Shown here: positions 9,805 through 22,320 of the stretch, piece by piece
Numbering within the stretch: position 1 is the stretch's first letter
Layout: the number at the start of each line of letters is the position of its first letter
DNA from: Octopus sinensis
Taxonomy: Eukaryota
Reading direction: 5' to 3'
Assembly: GCF_006345805.1 (NCBI RefSeq)
Contig: NW_021832171.1
Location: 1-31,663, forward strand
DNA length: 31,663 nt
Made by a program: the position numbers and the translations under genes
The notes under the pieces: model-generated
Told to the model about the DNA's origin: nothing
The model's input: the letters and a program-made list of their open reading frames with translations, nothing else
The model's database searches: none

Positions 9805-9992
9805 TGTTTGTACCACCACTGCTTGATCACTAGCGTTGGTTTGTTTACGTTCCCGTAACCTAGTGTTTCGGCAAAACGACCAATGGTAAAGAAAACAACA
9901 ACATCAAAAAGAAAACATACGTAGTGGGGTCGATTTCTTCGTATAAACCCTTTAAGGCAGTGCCCCAGTATGGCCGCAGTGGAATGACCGAA
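9615..9992 (+). mobile_element. Diverged SINE of the same family
   Basis: accttgggcaa...tttacgttcccgtaacctag..ttcggcaaaa...ggggtcgattt...ccccagtatggccgcagt...gaccgaaacaa. Confidence 0.65.
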
Positions 9993-10046
9993 ACAATTAA
10001 AAGTGGGTTTTTTTGCGTTTTTTTTTTATCTGCAGTGGATGAGATT

Positions 10047-10119
10047 TGTTATTGTTATTATTATTACTATTATTATTATTATTACTATTCTTCTTCTTCT
10101 TCTTCTTCTTCTTCTCTTC

Positions 10120-10173
<54 letters not shown>

Positions 10174-10307
10174 TATCATCATTATTATCATCATCATCAT
10201 TATTATTATTATTATATTAATATGAGAGCTATGAGAGTTAGTGCCTGGTACTGTATCAGGGCAATCAGAAGCTATGGAGGCTAGTGCCAGGTACTGCATC
10301 AGGGGAA

Positions 10308-10353
<46 letters not shown>

Positions 10354-10385
10354 GTATCTATTATTATTTTTTATTATTATTATTG
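10047..10385. repeat. Compound (TAT)n/(TCT)n/(CAT)n trinucleotide microsatellites
   Basis: Visible directly; source of the poly-Y/S/I/L ORFs. Confidence 0.95.
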
Positions 10386-11343
10386 TTGCTGGTGTTGCTG
10401 TTTTTATTGTTTAATGCATTTGATTCCTGGGTTTAAATCCTTCAAATCAGTCAGCACCTTCGTTGAATGTGTCTTCACAGTCGCTTCATTACCTTTATTC
10501 TCCACGGCTGTAGTTATACTAATATATTTTGCTTGAATTGTAGCCTTGTATAAAAGACAAAAAATATTTTTGATTAGAACCCTTATACTTTCAGCAAGAA
10601 TTCGTTGCATTTCCATCATTCCAGTAATCCAATTTATTTTAGTTGTTTGCAAACCACAAAGAACTATTGCATTTTCTATCTTTTTCGGTGATTTAAGCTG
10701 CCGTTTTTAAAATATTTATTACAGTCGATCCATGAATACAAAGCTCTCTGCCAGTTTTGGAATTGTTAATGGCATTATATTGTGTTACACTAATTTTTTT
10801 CTTGTAATGATAAAAGTATCTTCTAGCAGTGTAAGAATTTGCTGTAACAGTTATGCATATTTTCTCTGAGAAGATAATATAAAAACAAACAACAAAAGGA
10901 ACACGTATATATGAAAATTCATAAAAGAAACAGTAGCGTCTTACGTAATGACAGCACCTGATTGATGAAGGGATGCTTCGCGTTGGATAAGTAGAATGTT
11001 TATATTTATTTCGTTGGTGCAATGAATAAAAGTATAAAGTTTCTGATAAATGGAATTGAATTTCCTATTAAAGGAAAATTGGCATTTTATAATTCTTACA
11101 AAATTGAATACGTGTTATACATATTCTAACATATGGGAACTTATTGGGGATATTACACTTGCATACAAACACACATAAATGTATACACATACATAATACA
11201 TACATACTTACACACATACATACATACATACATACATACATACATACATACATACATGCATGCATGCATTTCGGGGTTGAAAAAATAAAGTATCTGTCAA
11301 GTACTTGTGTTGATGAAATCGATTTTTCCATTATGCATGCATG

Positions 11344-11407
<64 letters not shown>

Positions 11408-11607
11408 TAAAAGGAATTCCAACCTTGTCTGATTTTCACGTTTTATTTACAAACTTATAGTGATATAATATAAGATAATATAATATAATAAAATAAAATA
11501 AAATAATAGAATGTTAAATGTTCATTTTGATTGAACTAATACTTTCATGCATTAAATTCTGCAATCTTCAGGTTCATGAGTAGTGGTGACAGTCATGCTT
11601 CACAATT

Positions 11608-11638
<31 letters not shown>

Positions 11639-11659
11639 GCATACATATATAACGGAAAA

Positions 11660-11872
11660 ATTGATCACATCAACCCCAGCACTTGACAGTTACTTTAAGT
11701 TTTTCAACACCGGAATGATGAAAGGAAAGATTTTTTTTTGTATTTGAAGTCAGGCCGCAATGGGGAAAGAAGTTGAACGTGGCGGAAATCGAACTCTGGA
11801 TATCATGTATAGGAAGAAATGACGCGAAGCATTTTTCTCTCAATACTCTAACACTTCAGCCAGTTCGCCGCA
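11660..11872 (-). mobile_element. Highly diverged SINE (family with gcggcgagctggcagaa head)
   Basis: Reverse complement gcggcgaactggctgaagtgttag...gagttcgatttccgccacgttcaact resembles the heads at 19186 and 19372. Confidence 0.5.
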
Positions 11873-12019
11873 TCCAAGATATCATTTCATTGAAAGTTAA
11901 AGAAGGGATTCGTTTTTTAAATTTTCAAACGCAGGATAATGCTAATAATATAACCTGAAGAGGATAAATTACCCCTATTTTGCAGATGGTTTCTAGTGAT
12001 ATATATTGCAGAAAAATAC

Positions 12020-12660
12020 ACATACCTACTTGCACATACATATCTACTTGCACATACATACATACATACATACATACATACATACATACATACATACATA
12101 CATACCTACCTACATACATACATACATACATACATACATACATACATACATACGTACGTACGTACGTACATACATACATACATACATACAGACAGACAGA
12201 CAGACAGACATACGTACGTACATACATACATACATACATACATATATACAAGCATACATACATACATACATACATACATGCATACATACATACATATATA
12301 CATACATAAACACATACATACAAACATACATATATACACACATACGTACGTACATATACGACACCCATGCATGCATGCATGCACACATACGTACGTACCT
12401 GCATGCATACATGTATAAATGTATTCTCTCGTGATACAAACATACATGAATACACTTTCCTATATACACATATGTACATTAATACACAGATTTCTACGTA
12501 CGTATATACATGCATATATACATGCATGCATCCAAGATCCTGCCTATATTCGTCCATGAATACATTCTTACACTCACGTACAAACACATATGCGCACGTA
12601 TGCAAGTACCTGCATACACATGCATGCCTATATACACGTACACGTAGACGCATGCACTCA
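12020..12660. repeat. (CATA)n compound microsatellite decaying into RY-alternating sequence
   Basis: Visible directly; source of the HTYI/MYVC ORFs. Confidence 0.9.
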
Positions 12661-12699
12661 CATGATGCTCACATAATTAGGTAGTAGATATCCTTGTGG

Positions 12700-13780
12700 C
12701 CACATTCAGTGCAGATATCTTTGATTAATGGTTGCAGTGATATTCGTCATCTGAAACCTGAATCCCTCATGCAGAGATTCGCTACAAAACAACATGGTTA
12801 GTTAAGACATCAATAACATCGGAGAAGAGCTGGGGAAAAATATACCTTGGAAAAGGTAAACACAATCTTATTAGATCTGGTTCTAGAAGAAAGGAAATCT
12901 ATAAAACGTATTTTTCATGGAGTTACGAACTCAATAATCTCATATAGAATAACTATATAAAAGATATGATTTTAGAAATGTTATTTCTGTTTGTTTCATA
13001 AATAAAATGTATGAATATATATTAAGATGAACTTAAACTAGAGACATAATAATTTACAAAAGAATATTACCAAAAGTAACTCATTCGGCAGAAAAGATGG
13101 GTTAAGGATTGTGGTTTTTTTCTAATTCCCCAAAGTATGAGAACTACAAATGATACTACAGGAATATCCTTGTATAAAAAAATATTCCGATACAGATGAT
13201 AATAATATATGTAACAGCCATGCTCGTCCACACAGGGGTGTCATTGATTATAGTAAGAGTGACATTAATATGTGTTTTACAAGTTGGAAGAGAGAGGAGT
13301 GTCGAATATGAGTGAAATGTTTTGAGATGTGATTATTGCGTTTTTAAGACACCGTTTACAGACAAGAACCAATTTGCCTAACAGTAATGAGGCACCAAAT
13401 GGGACGTTGCTTATGGGTATTAAACAGAATTAACTGTGGAAATTTACGGAAGCGTAATGACACCTCGTTTAACAAATTAACGTTTGTTTATTGATACCCT
13501 CTCGACAAATAAATTTGCACTATGGAAACAGTGAAGAGAAAGTTTAGACAATAAAAAAAGGTGTCATTTGAGAAAAAGCAATCAAAAAAATGTGTTGATT
13601 TATGAAAGGTTGTCAGAGATGCAGAAATACGAGGGCGTCAATAAAGAACTATATTCCTTCAGGTAAAATAAAAACATCGTTTGGAGATACTAAAATGAAA
13701 ACACTCAAGTATAAGTGGTTGACGGTCAAGCCAAAATTAAAATCTTTCCCTGAAAAATTCTGATATCGAAAGAAGTTAAC
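12700..13780 (+). pseudogene. Possible decayed 3' part of an older L1/Tx1-like ORF2
   Basis: 12762-12848 translates IPHAEIRYKTTWLVKTSITSEKSWGKIYL, loosely alignable to the post-RT block MPWLMMRRHALRLRHLRLYVDDGEQVW of the LINE at 27943. Later NLRKRNDTSFNK resembles the W..RN...F motif. Many stops. Confidence 0.35.
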
Positions 13781-14175
13781 TGAAAAAAGTAAAACAATAA
13801 TTAAGAAAACATGACAAGACCAGTCAAAAGAAAATCAATAAATCGTACAGAACTTATTTCTATGGAGACAGGGGTTCATTCTGGGGGAAAATAAAAGGGG
13901 CTGGGAAAATGAGTTTTACATAGACTCAGTATGGTTTGGAAAAAATCCAAAAGCCTTATGGTCTGTGGATTATACTAATAGCGTAGGGTATCCATAATGA
14001 TAGCTTTCAGACACTGGTTGAAATAATAGACGAATAAGGAAGCAAGAAGGATATATGTGGTTACAGGATATTGCTAATAAAGCAACTGTCCTTCAGTAGA
14101 GGAAGATATATTGTAGATCTTAACCATTCATATATATATATATATATATATAATAATAAATATTAGTAAAATATT

Positions 14176-14348
14176 ATATAATATAATTCGAGACAAACCA
14201 CTATTTTAAAACCAAACAAGGAAAGACTTAATCAATACATAAAATTTTAATATAAATTAAATAATTTAATTTATATTAAAATTTTATGTATTGATTAAGT
14301 CTTTCCTTGTTTGGTTTTAAAATAGTGTTTTTGTCTCGAATTATATTA

Positions 14349-14350
<2 letters not shown>
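14176..14350. repeat. Near-perfect palindrome (~87-bp arms, centre 14263) embedded in (AT)n
   Basis: aattcgagacaaaccactattttaaaaccaaacaaggaaagacttaatcaatacataaaattttaatataaattaaat-a-reverse complement, with one small mismatch/indel. Confidence 0.92.
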
Positions 14351-14390
<40 letters not shown>

Positions 14391-14456
14391 CTATACATAC
14401 ATATATATATATTACATATATATATATATATATACTTATATATAGATATGTATATA

Positions 14457-14507
<51 letters not shown>

Positions 14508-14547
14508 TATGTATATATATATATATATTATATATAATATATATATG

Positions 14548-14578
<31 letters not shown>

Positions 14579-14793
14579 ATATATAATATATAATATATAA
14601 TATATATATATGTATATAGAAAAGGTTATGAAGTTATGAGTCCTGATGATTGGGGTTGCAGTTAATGCATGTTTCTGAAAAAGACTAAGGGCCCAGGAAC
14701 GTTAAACGCGCCTCATGAAACACATGTAGAAGAGAAATTTGGAATGAAATAGTAAGTATTAAAATAAAATTCTATGATATGGTGTGGTGTATA

Positions 14794-15057
14794 TTGGGGA
14801 ATTAGAAAAAAACCACAATCCTTAACCCATCTTTAGACAATAAAAAGAGGTGTCATTTGAGAAATAGCAATGTGTTGAATTATGGAAGGTTGTCAGAGAT
14901 GCAGAAATACGAGGGAGTCAATAAAGAACTATATTCCTTCAGGTAAAATAAAAACAACGTTTGGAGATACTTAGATGAGAACACTCAAGTATAAATGGTT
15001 CACAGTCAAGCCAAAATTAAAAAGCTTTCCCTGAAAAATTCTGATATCGAAAGAAGT
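14794..15057. repeat. Composite local copy: inverted 13094-13133 joined to a direct copy of 13543-13776
   Basis: 14794-14833 is the exact reverse complement of 13094-13133. 14832-15057 is about 90% similar by eye to 13543-13776. Short T microhomology at the join. Confidence 0.85.
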
Positions 15058-15186
15058 ATTGCATGGGGACTGCTATCTCTAAATGATATATATTTCCTTA
15101 TCGAGAATAATTCAATTTATTTGAATCCATGTGACGCGGGAATCTATTTTCCCTAATAAATAAAAAATATATGTATATGTTATATA

Positions 15187-15243
<57 letters not shown>

Positions 15244-15321
15244 AAATAGAAAGATGAATAATATTGTAGAGATTAATCAAAAATTTAAACGATACCTTAG
15301 TAGCAAAAATCACAGCAGTGA

Positions 15322-15403
<82 letters not shown>

Positions 15404-15481
15404 GTATATATGCATACAGATAAACTTAGGTTGGAAATGGATGCGCGCCGTCAATCGCTATAATAATGTAATATATATATG

Positions 15482-15519
<38 letters not shown>

Positions 15520-15615
15520 CAGCCACACCTCGTGAGCTGAAACTAGATAAATATAAAAAAATATATATATAAAATATATACATATGTGTACATACATATA
15601 TATATATAAGTATTG

Positions 15616-15652
<37 letters not shown>

Positions 15653-15685
15653 GGATAGTTAAGATCTACAATATATCTTCACTGA

Positions 15686-15743
<58 letters not shown>

Positions 15744-16229
15744 CATACACATTTTCATCATCTCTCTTTCATTTCTCGAACATGAACTATTGAATGTATC
15801 CCAAAGAGCAATACTCCTCACATTAATTATTGGCTTTATGGCTTGATGGCTTAATGGCTTTTTAACTGCCCTTACTAAGTATAGAATGTCTTATTGCTTT
15901 ATATCATTACGGTATGTATTTACGTCTACGTTACATGTTAAAATCCTGTGAAAATCAATAAAGTCTTTCTTTGTAGACTTTTAGGGATATCATGAAACAA
16001 AGTCTGTGTGTCTGAGAGAGAGAGGGGGGAGAGGAGTGTGAGACAAGAGAAAGAAATAAAGGAAGAGACCTATGTAGTTTTAGTTAAGACTAAGTAACAT
16101 GTTATGAGTGCTCCTGTTAGTGGTTGTCTGATTTATAATAAATAATAGCAATTATATAAGTGTGCCCTTAATCTACATTCTGTAATACTAAAATGAAAGA
16201 AGGAAAGATCATATTAGATAATGCGGAGG

Positions 16230-16567
16230 AGGAGACCCCACTTCGGTAATGACTGACAATGGGATTGCACCTACTAATTTACCCTCCGAGGCACAAGTCC
16301 GGGCAAGGTTGTTTATGGAAGACCAACAGTCGCCCATGTATACGGGCCTCCCCTCTCCACGCCACCAGTGTTGTCCAAGGGAAAAGCAAAGGGGCCGATA
16401 CAGCGTGGCACCAGTGACGTCGCAACTCATTTCTACAGCTGAGTGAACTCAAGCAACGTGAAATAAAGTGTCTTGCTCAAGAACACAACACGCAGCCCGG
16501 TCCGGGATTTGAACTTAGAATCTTACGATCGTAAGCTCGATGCTCTAACCACTGAGCCATGCGCCTT
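16230..16567 (-). mobile_element. tRNA-derived SINE, second family
   Basis: Reverse complement ggcgcatggctcagtggttagagc (A box)...agttcaaatccc (B box), then tgtgttcttgagcaagacactttatttcacgttgc...ttcactcagctgtagaaatgagt. Confidence 0.85.
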
Positions 16568-16749
16568 CACATTAGATAATATAGAAGTAGATATAATATG
16601 TCTGAAACAACATTTTGTTCATATTTCTGCTACATTGAACTTCACACGGGACTAATCAACAAAATAATAAAAAATAACTACACAAACACTGCTACCACCA
16701 CTACCACCGCTACCACCATTAAACCACCACAAGCAGCAGTAACAGCAGT

Positions 16750-17117
16750 GGAGGCGCAATGGCCCAGTGGTTAGGGCAGCGGACTCGCGGTCGGAGGATC
16801 GAGGTTTCGATTCCCAAACCGAGCGTTGGGTGTGTTTATTGAGCGAAAACATCTAAAGCTCCACGTGGCTCCGGCAGGATGTGGTGGTGACCCCTGTTGT
16901 ACTCTTTCGCCCTAACTTTCTCTAACTCTTTCTTCCTGTTTTTTGTCCCCGACTTCCTATGCAACCGCTGAGCCTGGATGCGCATTCATCCATCCGTCGA
17001 TGCTCTCGGTGTCGGTGGGGATGACCTTGGTTTCTCTTCTGCGGGTCTTACGAATAGCAAAGGACCACGTTTCGGACTTCTCTCATCTTGCGAGCTCTGG
17101 GACGAAGACCGTTTGCT
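16750..17117 (+). mobile_element. tRNA-derived SINE, third family
   Basis: ggaggcgcaatggcccagtggttagggc (A box)...ggtttcgattccc (B box), followed by a GC-richer body. Confidence 0.8.
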
Positions 17118-17915
17118 CAGCAGCAACAGCAGCAGCAGCAGTAACAGCAGTAGCACTACCACTATCACCACCACCACCACCAACCACCACCACCACCACC
17201 ACCACCACCACCACCACCTCCAATCACATCAACGATAATAATCATACAGCTGATTCTTCGTATTTTCAACACAAAGTCGATGAACACAAAGTGAATATGT
17301 GTACCGAACATACTTTAGATATCAGGTAAATTATTGGATTTTGATTTATCGATTTCGGTTTGGTTTAAATCCAAAAACGTAGCTTAGCTGGCAAATTTAG
17401 TCAAATGTAAGAGCACAGTTGCTCTACCTATTCGAAATAGTAGCAAGATCTTCCTCAAGTCATACTTATCGTTTGACACAAAAGTAGAGAATTACTACAA
17501 AAAAGGATTGGAGAGAAGACCTGGAGTTTCAAACGACCAAATATGAAGTAGTCAAATATTATATATTGCGAGTTATCGCCCTTGCTGTTTTTGAGAAACG
17601 TGTTCTTTAACGTTAAGGTATTTTGTCATAAGGGCTATAATTAGGATTGATTGTGATTACTATTGACTCACAAGAGCAGCACCACCACGACGACCACGAC
17701 GACCAACAACACCTCAACCACTTATTTTATTTAACAATATGTAAGTCTCTAATTATAAGAGTGAGAACCTATACAGTCACTCAACCAGCCAAATACCATT
17801 CAGGGGAATATACACATGTTAAAGGGAAAACGAGGTACATAATGTCTGAATAAATAAGCTGACATCGGTCACCAACCCAGTCAGACGCAGAAAACATATT
17901 TAAGATTGAGTGAAA

Positions 17916-18244
17916 GACAGAAAGAAAGAAAGAAAGAAAGAGAAAAGGAAGGAAGGAAAGAAAGAAAGAGAGAAAGAAAGAAAGAAAGACAGGAAGAAAG
18001 CAAGAAAGAAAGACAAGAAGAAAGAAAGAAGGAAGGGAAGAAAGATAGAAAGAAAGAAAGTAAGAAAGAAAGAAAAAGATAGGGAGAAAGAAAGAAACAA
18101 ACGAAGAAAGAAAGAAAGAAGGAAGGAAAGAAAGACAGGAAGAAAGCAAGAAAGAAAGACAAGAAGAAAGAAAGAAGGAAGGGAAGAAATATAGAAAGAA
18201 AGAAAGTAAGAAAGAAAGAAAGAAAGAAGGAAGGAAAGAAAGAA
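17916..18244. repeat. (GAAA)n polypurine microsatellite with higher-order internal repeats
   Basis: Visible directly; gacaggaagaaagcaagaaagaaagacaagaagaaag recurs at ~17987 and ~18134. Confidence 0.95.
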
Positions 18245-18577
18245 ACACACATGACCAATGAAACAGATGCCTCTCATCATCCAGTATAATGGTTGGTGAC
18301 AAGGAATCTTTCGGATTATGAAAATAAATGAAATTATTTTAATTCTGGTCTTTTTGCGCAACCAATTTAAATTTTGGTTAGGATATTTTTGTTCTTATAT
18401 TGTCTTTGGTTTTATTGCTTTCAGAATTTATTGAAGAATTTATTGAAATAATGTTGTCAGTGTTAAGCTGATGTTTGGAAACAGATGATCATGAAATTTT
18501 CATAGGTTTGAATTTAGATCACTTTAAAACAGGGAATCTGTATCACAGAACCAGGGGCTGTATCGGGTGGGTTTCTA

Positions 18578-19145
18578 TTGGGTTGTCCGGAAAGTTCGTG
18601 CCGATTTTTAAAGAAAACAAAAAGGTCAATAAATACTTGCCACTACATTTTTAATCAACCAAATGCGAACCATTTTGTTGCACAATGTATGCCCATCTTT
18701 CCTTTAACTTGAAAATACCCTCTTCCCAGAATTGAGGTGGTTTCATGGCAAAGAATACATCAAGGTATCTCTTTTTATGTCATCCAAGGATTTGAAATTT
18801 TTACCATTAAGACTATTCTGCAGAGACCCGAATAAGTGGAAATCCGAAGGAACAATATCTGGTGAATATAGAGGGTCGAGTAACACATCCCAGCCAAGCT
18901 CTAGCAATTTTTGTCTGGTTCCCAAAACATCAAGTGCCGAAAATGAACTTTCTTATCTTCCATTTTAAAGGGTTACAGAATTAACAAAGGTTATAGGAAT
19001 ATAAACCTTCTTCCACGAAAATGTAGCTTAAACTGTGCTCTAAATGGAGGTGTAGTCAAATCCTATTTTATGGGCTCAACCATATTCTAAAATAAGTCAA
19101 AACGTAAGCTGCTATAAATCGGCACGAACTTTCCGGACAACCCAA
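18578..19145 (-). mobile_element. Internally deleted mariner (Tc1/mariner) element, 568 bp
   Basis: Perfect 30-bp TIRs ttgggttgtccggaaagttcgtgccgattt; TA target duplication at 18576-18577 and 19146-19147; transposase remnants inside. Confidence 0.95.
18720..18963 (-). pseudogene. Mariner transposase remnant, N-terminus fused to C-terminus
   Basis: ATG at 18963 gives MEDKKVHFRHLMFWE, joined out of frame near 18918 to TRQKLLELGWDVLLDPLYSPDIVPSDFHLFGSLQNSLNGKNF (YSPDLAPSD-type motif). Confidence 0.9.
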
Positions 19146-19185
19146 TATAAAAAAGGTTATTCTTAGGTAGTATTAAGGCAATGTA

Positions 19186-19925
19186 AGGCGTCGAGCTGGT
19201 AGAATCGGTAGCGCGTTGGACAAAATGCTTAGTGGCATGTCGTTCGTCATCGAAATCGCCTTTGTTTTTTATCCGTTCAGAGTCGATAGAATAAATAACA
19301 GCTGAATGTAATCGACCTCTTCGACTCCTTAAAAAAAGCGGTGGCTTGGTGCCAAAATTTGAAACCATTATTAAGGAAGCGAGCTGGCAGAAACGTTAGT
19401 GCGACGGGCGAAATGCTTAGCAGTATTTCGTCTGCCTTTATGTTCTGAGTTCAAATTCCGTCAAGGTTGACTTTGCCTTTCATCCTGTCGGGTTCGATTA
19501 AATAAGTACCAGTTGGGCACCGGGATCGATATAATCGACTTAATCGCTTTGTCTGTCCTTGTTTGTCCTCTCTGTGTAGCCCCTTGTGGATAGTTAAGAA
19601 ATAGGTATTTCGTCTGCCGTTATGTTCTGAGTTGAAATTCCGCCGAGGTCGACTTTGCCTTTCATCCTTTCGGAGTCGATAAATTAAGTACCAGTTACGC
19701 ACTGGGGTGGATGTAATCGACTTAATCCCTTTGTCTGTCCTTGTTTGTCCCCTCTATGGGCATTAAAGAAATAAGAAACGTTAGCACGCCTGACAAAATC
19801 CTTCTAATTCCACCGAGGTCGACTATGCCTTTCATCCTATCGGAATCGCAAAAATATCTACCAGGTGAGCCCTATCCTCACAAATTTCAAGTCTTGTGCT
19901 TTTAGCAGGAAAGATAATTATTAGA
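19186..19925 (+). mobile_element. Tandem cluster of about four SINE copies or partial units (gcggcgagctggcagaa family)
   Basis: gagttcaaattcc..aggtcgactttgcctttcatcc..tcgg.gtcgat..a.taagtaccagt recurs at ~19447, ~19628 and ~19810, plus a diverged copy at 19186. Confidence 0.85.
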
Positions 19926-20699
19926 TAATATACACAAACAGGATTCCTCTGAGAAATACAGAAAGCTACTGCTCGCTTTGTACTGTTCAATTAATCCCCC
20001 ATAAAATTCACCAAATCTACAAAAGGTACCACTAACAAGGTACCACTAACAACATTCTGTGTTATCATTTGTGCTTTTTTTTTCTAAATCAGGGTAACTG
20101 TTAGATTTTTGACAATACACACATTCTTATGGAGGATGGAGAAATATACCCTCTCTTTTGTTAGTATGTACATCGTCTTTCTGTGCATACGTATAAATAC
20201 AAACACGGAATTTTGAATTATATAACAAAGATTTTTTTTCGTTACTTCATGAGTAAGCAATTCCTTGTTGCATATTTCATCAATATTTTCTTACTCTCTG
20301 CATTGACAGCGTAAATTTGTCTCCAAGTTGCCATATCTCACTTTTATATGCCAAAAAACAAACCATTTGAGATATATGTATTTCATATTTTCCATTCGAT
20401 TGACATTTTATATTTCACATTTTTTTTTTCCAAGAAAAATTGATTGATGTTTACAATGCCTAAAGGAATTTATACATTTACAATAGAACTCAAGAAAAAA
20501 TACTTTTCAAAAAATAGCACTTCGTGTGGAAAGGGTAAGCCTGTGATTCCTGTTACGATGGTTCTGGAAGTAGGTTGTGATTTAAAGGCTATTGGAAATC
20601 TCAGGTTCATTGCAAGTGAAGTGTAGTTAAAAGTTCGTTACATTTAAATAATATATTTGAAAAAGTCCGAAATAACGGTATCAAATTTTTACGCTAGGC

Positions 20700-20899
20700 C
20701 AGCAATTTAAAAAAAAGGATAAGTCAATTACTGCGACCACATTGCCCACCTGATACTTGTTTCATCGACCTGGAAGGGACGAAAAGCAAAGTGACTTTGG
20801 TTGAATGAATATAAAGCAAAGACGTAAAGAGTGTGTCAGAGAAAACGCCAGTTAAGCAGTTTGTCGGAGTAGCTAACGACTTTACCAGCTCGCCGCCTT
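20700..20899 (-). mobile_element. Diverged SINE of the same family
   Basis: Reverse complement aaggcggcgagctggtaaagtcgttagc head; tttcatcgacc..gaagggacgaaaagcaaagtgact body. Confidence 0.6.
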
Positions 20900-21199
20900 G
20901 AAAAAGACATAAAGAATCAAATTAAAGTTTTGCTAACGAATTATTTTTGTTTGGTTTTTCATACCGTTTGGTTTTTGTTTTTTTTTAATATTCTTTCTCA
21001 ATACATCCGACTCCTTGTTTAAATTGCTCACAGAATTTCTTGAGCCAAATTTTCGTCTGGCACGGACAAAACGTGAAACTGTAGTTTTAAATAAAATTGC
21101 ACCAATGACTAAATATGATATTGCGTAATGACTTGAAGGGGTAAATTTCTGATAATTTCTATGGATGCTTCGAATAAAAAAAAAAATAATGATTAACTG

Positions 21200-22320
21200 G
21201 TAACTTTTTACTATTCAATATTAATTTCCGGTGCAGACTGTATTTGAGATTTAAAATGAAAAGCCAAGAAACTCCTATTTAACTGATGAAAAACCAAACT
21301 CGGAAGAAACTGAGTTGGTGTAGACTGAGGTGCATACATTGTGCACAACTGCCTCTCTCTGAACATCTGATGATGTATCGCAAACAGACGTTGAAATGAT
21401 ATTAGTGAGAATTTTCGAGTATTTCATATATCCACAGTTCGTGTAACAGAATAAATAGAATTTTCTGACTTTTGGAGAGTGAGAACCAAAAAATCTATTG
21501 CATGATATTATCAGATTTTTGTCAGTGCTGCCAGCTATTGAAAGAATTCTTTACATTTTTGACAGCTTGAAATCCTATTTTTCTTCCCCAGAGCACCGTC
21601 GGAGACAGATACAAACATTCTTTAAAATAGTTTTGGGGAAATATTTTCATAAAGTGAACAACTAGATCTCTTCAACAAACCGAATCTGACCATAGAATAA
21701 AAGATTCCAACGCTGAATATCTCAAACTGGAAACTGGAAACTGTATCAGAAATACGAACAAAGAAAAAACTATAAATTTGTATCCCAAGGTGTAGAGCCT
21801 TGCTGAAAAAAAAACTTGAAGAAAATAGACTAATGCATTAAAAGTTTGAAGAAAGATCTCAGACAGAATTAAATAAACTTCTAAACCTATAGAACGAGAT
21901 TAAATTGTCGAAACATATATTGGCGCAGTATTGAATAGTCTGCATTGATGGCCAGCCAAAGGATTGGAAAACAGTAAATATTGAACAATTATTTGATGAG
22001 GTTGCAATATTAACCTCATCAAATAATTGAATTGGAAAGCAATAAATTTTGAAGAATTGTTTGTTGAGGTTGATACTGGAGAAAGCTTTTAGAACTCGTC
22101 TGATAAAAAGTTTAGTCAACAGAAATTTAAGCGTGAAAAGTGGCCAATTCTTTGGCGCATTGAAAGGAAAAAGAAAAACAATAACACTGAGATGAATAAA
22201 TTCTCTCTTCACGGTACTTTACTTCTGCGTCTGTTGTGTGAGTGTTTGTTTTCTTCGTGTGTGGTGATACGAGAACAATAGGGTTTAAAATGTACTCAAG
22301 GCCTTCAAAGGACGAAAATA
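21200..22320 (+). pseudogene. Decayed hAT-superfamily transposase
   Basis: Fragments across frameshifts: GAYIVHNCL (21329; CxxH-like region), TDVEMILVRIFEYF/HISTVRVTE, IRFLSVLPAIERILYIFDSLKSYF (21510-21581; RW-motif region), FDEVAIL, FSLHGT (dimerisation-domain-like). TIRs not identified. Confidence 0.65.

Noticed and set aside
10404-11022. Two minus-strand ORFs with hydrophobic patches faintly suggesting a GPCR remnant
   Set aside because: No diagnostic motifs, frames not continuous and no clear splice signals; would need an HMM search.
13628-13650. tacgagggcgtcaataaag resembling a mariner TIR start
   Set aside because: No matching inverted partner; it lies inside the duplicated 13543-13776 segment.
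14643-14690. CTGATGA...GAAA hammerhead-like core
   Set aside because: Stems I-III cannot be formed. The same applies to the CTGATGA hits near 21284 and 21367.
16500-16830. tRNA-like sequences
   Set aside because: These are SINE heads with A/B boxes but no complete cloverleaf, and they continue into SINE bodies.
1065-18361. Numerous ORFs rich in IY, HT, VC, LSIY, FLS or poly-residue runs
   Set aside because: They are translations of (AT)n, (AC)n, (CATA)n, (TAT)n and (GAAA)n microsatellites and have no protein features.
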